64,000 nucleotides of DNA from Macrostomum lignano. Taxonomy: Eukaryota. The notes under the pieces were generated by a model that saw only the letters and a program-made list of their open reading frames with translations, was not told the DNA's origin and made no database searches. The stretch covers positions 43,892-107,891 of the forward strand of contig NIVC01003269.1 in the NCBI GenBank assembly GCA_002269645.1. Direction: 5' to 3'. Shown piece after piece: positions 62,925 to 64,000 of this stretch (the first letter of the stretch is position 1; the number at the start of each line of letters is the position of its first letter). The position numbers were made by a program, and so were the translations under genes.

Positions 62925-64000
62925 TCAAAAGACAATGAGAGAGTATAGTATATTTACAGGGCCCGAGGGGGGTTGGTGCTGAGGCCATAGAAATTGCGGC
63001 TTAGGGGGAGGGAATAAGGTAATTAAGGCGACCACCGTATGCGGAGGCAATCCAAGCGTAGGACCTGCCAGCGGTAGTCGCGGTGGTGAACCGTTTTCTT
63101 CGGCACAAGTGATGTGTCCTCGAGTGTGGGGCAAGGAGAGTCGCTAACTTCAAAAGGGGTCGTCGGTGAACTCGGGATGGCCAACTATGTGTTCCCGGTG
63201 GAACCGAGGGAGGGTGAGGAAGTGAGCTTCAATGGCCTGACCTCTAGAACTGCCGCGATGGCGCGTCCAGGTCGACCAGAAGTGGTGGCGGAGTTTGGTG
63301 TGAGGCAAGGTTAAACATGCTCGAGGGTGAGTCGGAAACGGGGGGAACAAAGCTCTGGAGCAGTTGATCATAACGTTCGCATTCCATGCCATCGATTTTG
63401 TCACGGTACATTCGGTGGAGATATTCGTAGTTGAGAGGATTAGCGGTGTGGAAATTGACACAACGCAGGGTGCGGAAGAGCACCTCGAACTCCTGGCGGT
63501 GGATGGCTAGCTCGACGATGGCAGACTTAAAGGTTCCTCGCAGGGGTGGGTATGGAGGCCCTCGAGGTGGAACAGAATATTGTCTATCTGTCCCGGAATA
63601 GAACATTGGCAGTGGTCGTGGATCCGGGAAAGGTAGGAGTCGGCAATGGTAAAGGCGAAGTCGGCTACCAGATCGAAGCGTCCGTTACAATTGAAGAGAT
63701 CATGATGTAGGGAATCTGGAATAGCAGGCTTAACAGTGCGAGGAAACGGGAAGGGCGAAAGATAGGAGGGTGGTAATAAATGAAATTGCGGCGATGTTGG
63801 CAATAGTACATTTCACACATACAGTCAAAGAGCGGGACATCATCAGAAGCGGTGAGGGCCTTGATGAGGGCATGGATATGCTGAAATCCGGCCATATTGA
63901 AGTAAGAATACACAATTGAGAGTATTTACGGTGTTTGCTGAGTCGGTAGAGCTGTATATGCGAAAGGTCGATCTTGCAGTCAGTTTCGGTGGTACTGGAG
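62925..64000 (-). pseudogene. Frameshifted coding-like region upstream of gag (possible 5' accessory ORF)
   Basis: Overlapping minus-strand frames 63665-63913, 63507-63803, 63244-63606 and 63150-63461 chain into globular-looking protein sequence; GC/CpG content resembles the element's ORFs. Confidence 0.45.

Larger units (their letters stand above)
49015..64000 (-). mobile_element. Large env-carrying Ty3/Gypsy LTR retroelement (5' end outside window)
   Basis: PR-RT-RH-IN order is Gypsy-type; gag, env and accessory ORFs are on the same strand. The extent left of 53500 depends on the LTR candidate. Confidence 0.75.

Overview
Eukaryotic (animal) genomic DNA with GT-AG introns, GC-rich low-complexity exons and very dense minisatellites. 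The style suggests a free-living flatworm such as Macrostomum, but that is inference. All recognisable host genes are on the minus strand: two exons of a paired-class homeobox gene (UNC-42/PROP1-like), then a tight same-strand cluster of TMEM199/VMA12, an RRM + periphilin-C-terminal protein, MIC13/QIL1 and a divergent 7-exon PARG. Each gene in the cluster starts just behind a splice-acceptor-like site, which suggests a trans-spliced operon; MIC13 has no ATG of its own. The right third holds a CpG-eroded AT-rich block with a 3-kb TIR element, a decayed R1/LOA-like LINE and nested hAT/Harbinger-type MITEs. The standout is a large Ty3/Gypsy LTR retroelement whose domains run gag - signal peptide - class III (gB-like) envelope - TM - protease - RT - RNase H - integrase. 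The envelope therefore sits between gag and pol, apparently in one polyprotein broken only by three homopolymer indels, with extra accessory ORFs on both strands. No database searches could be run; family calls rest on recalled motifs.
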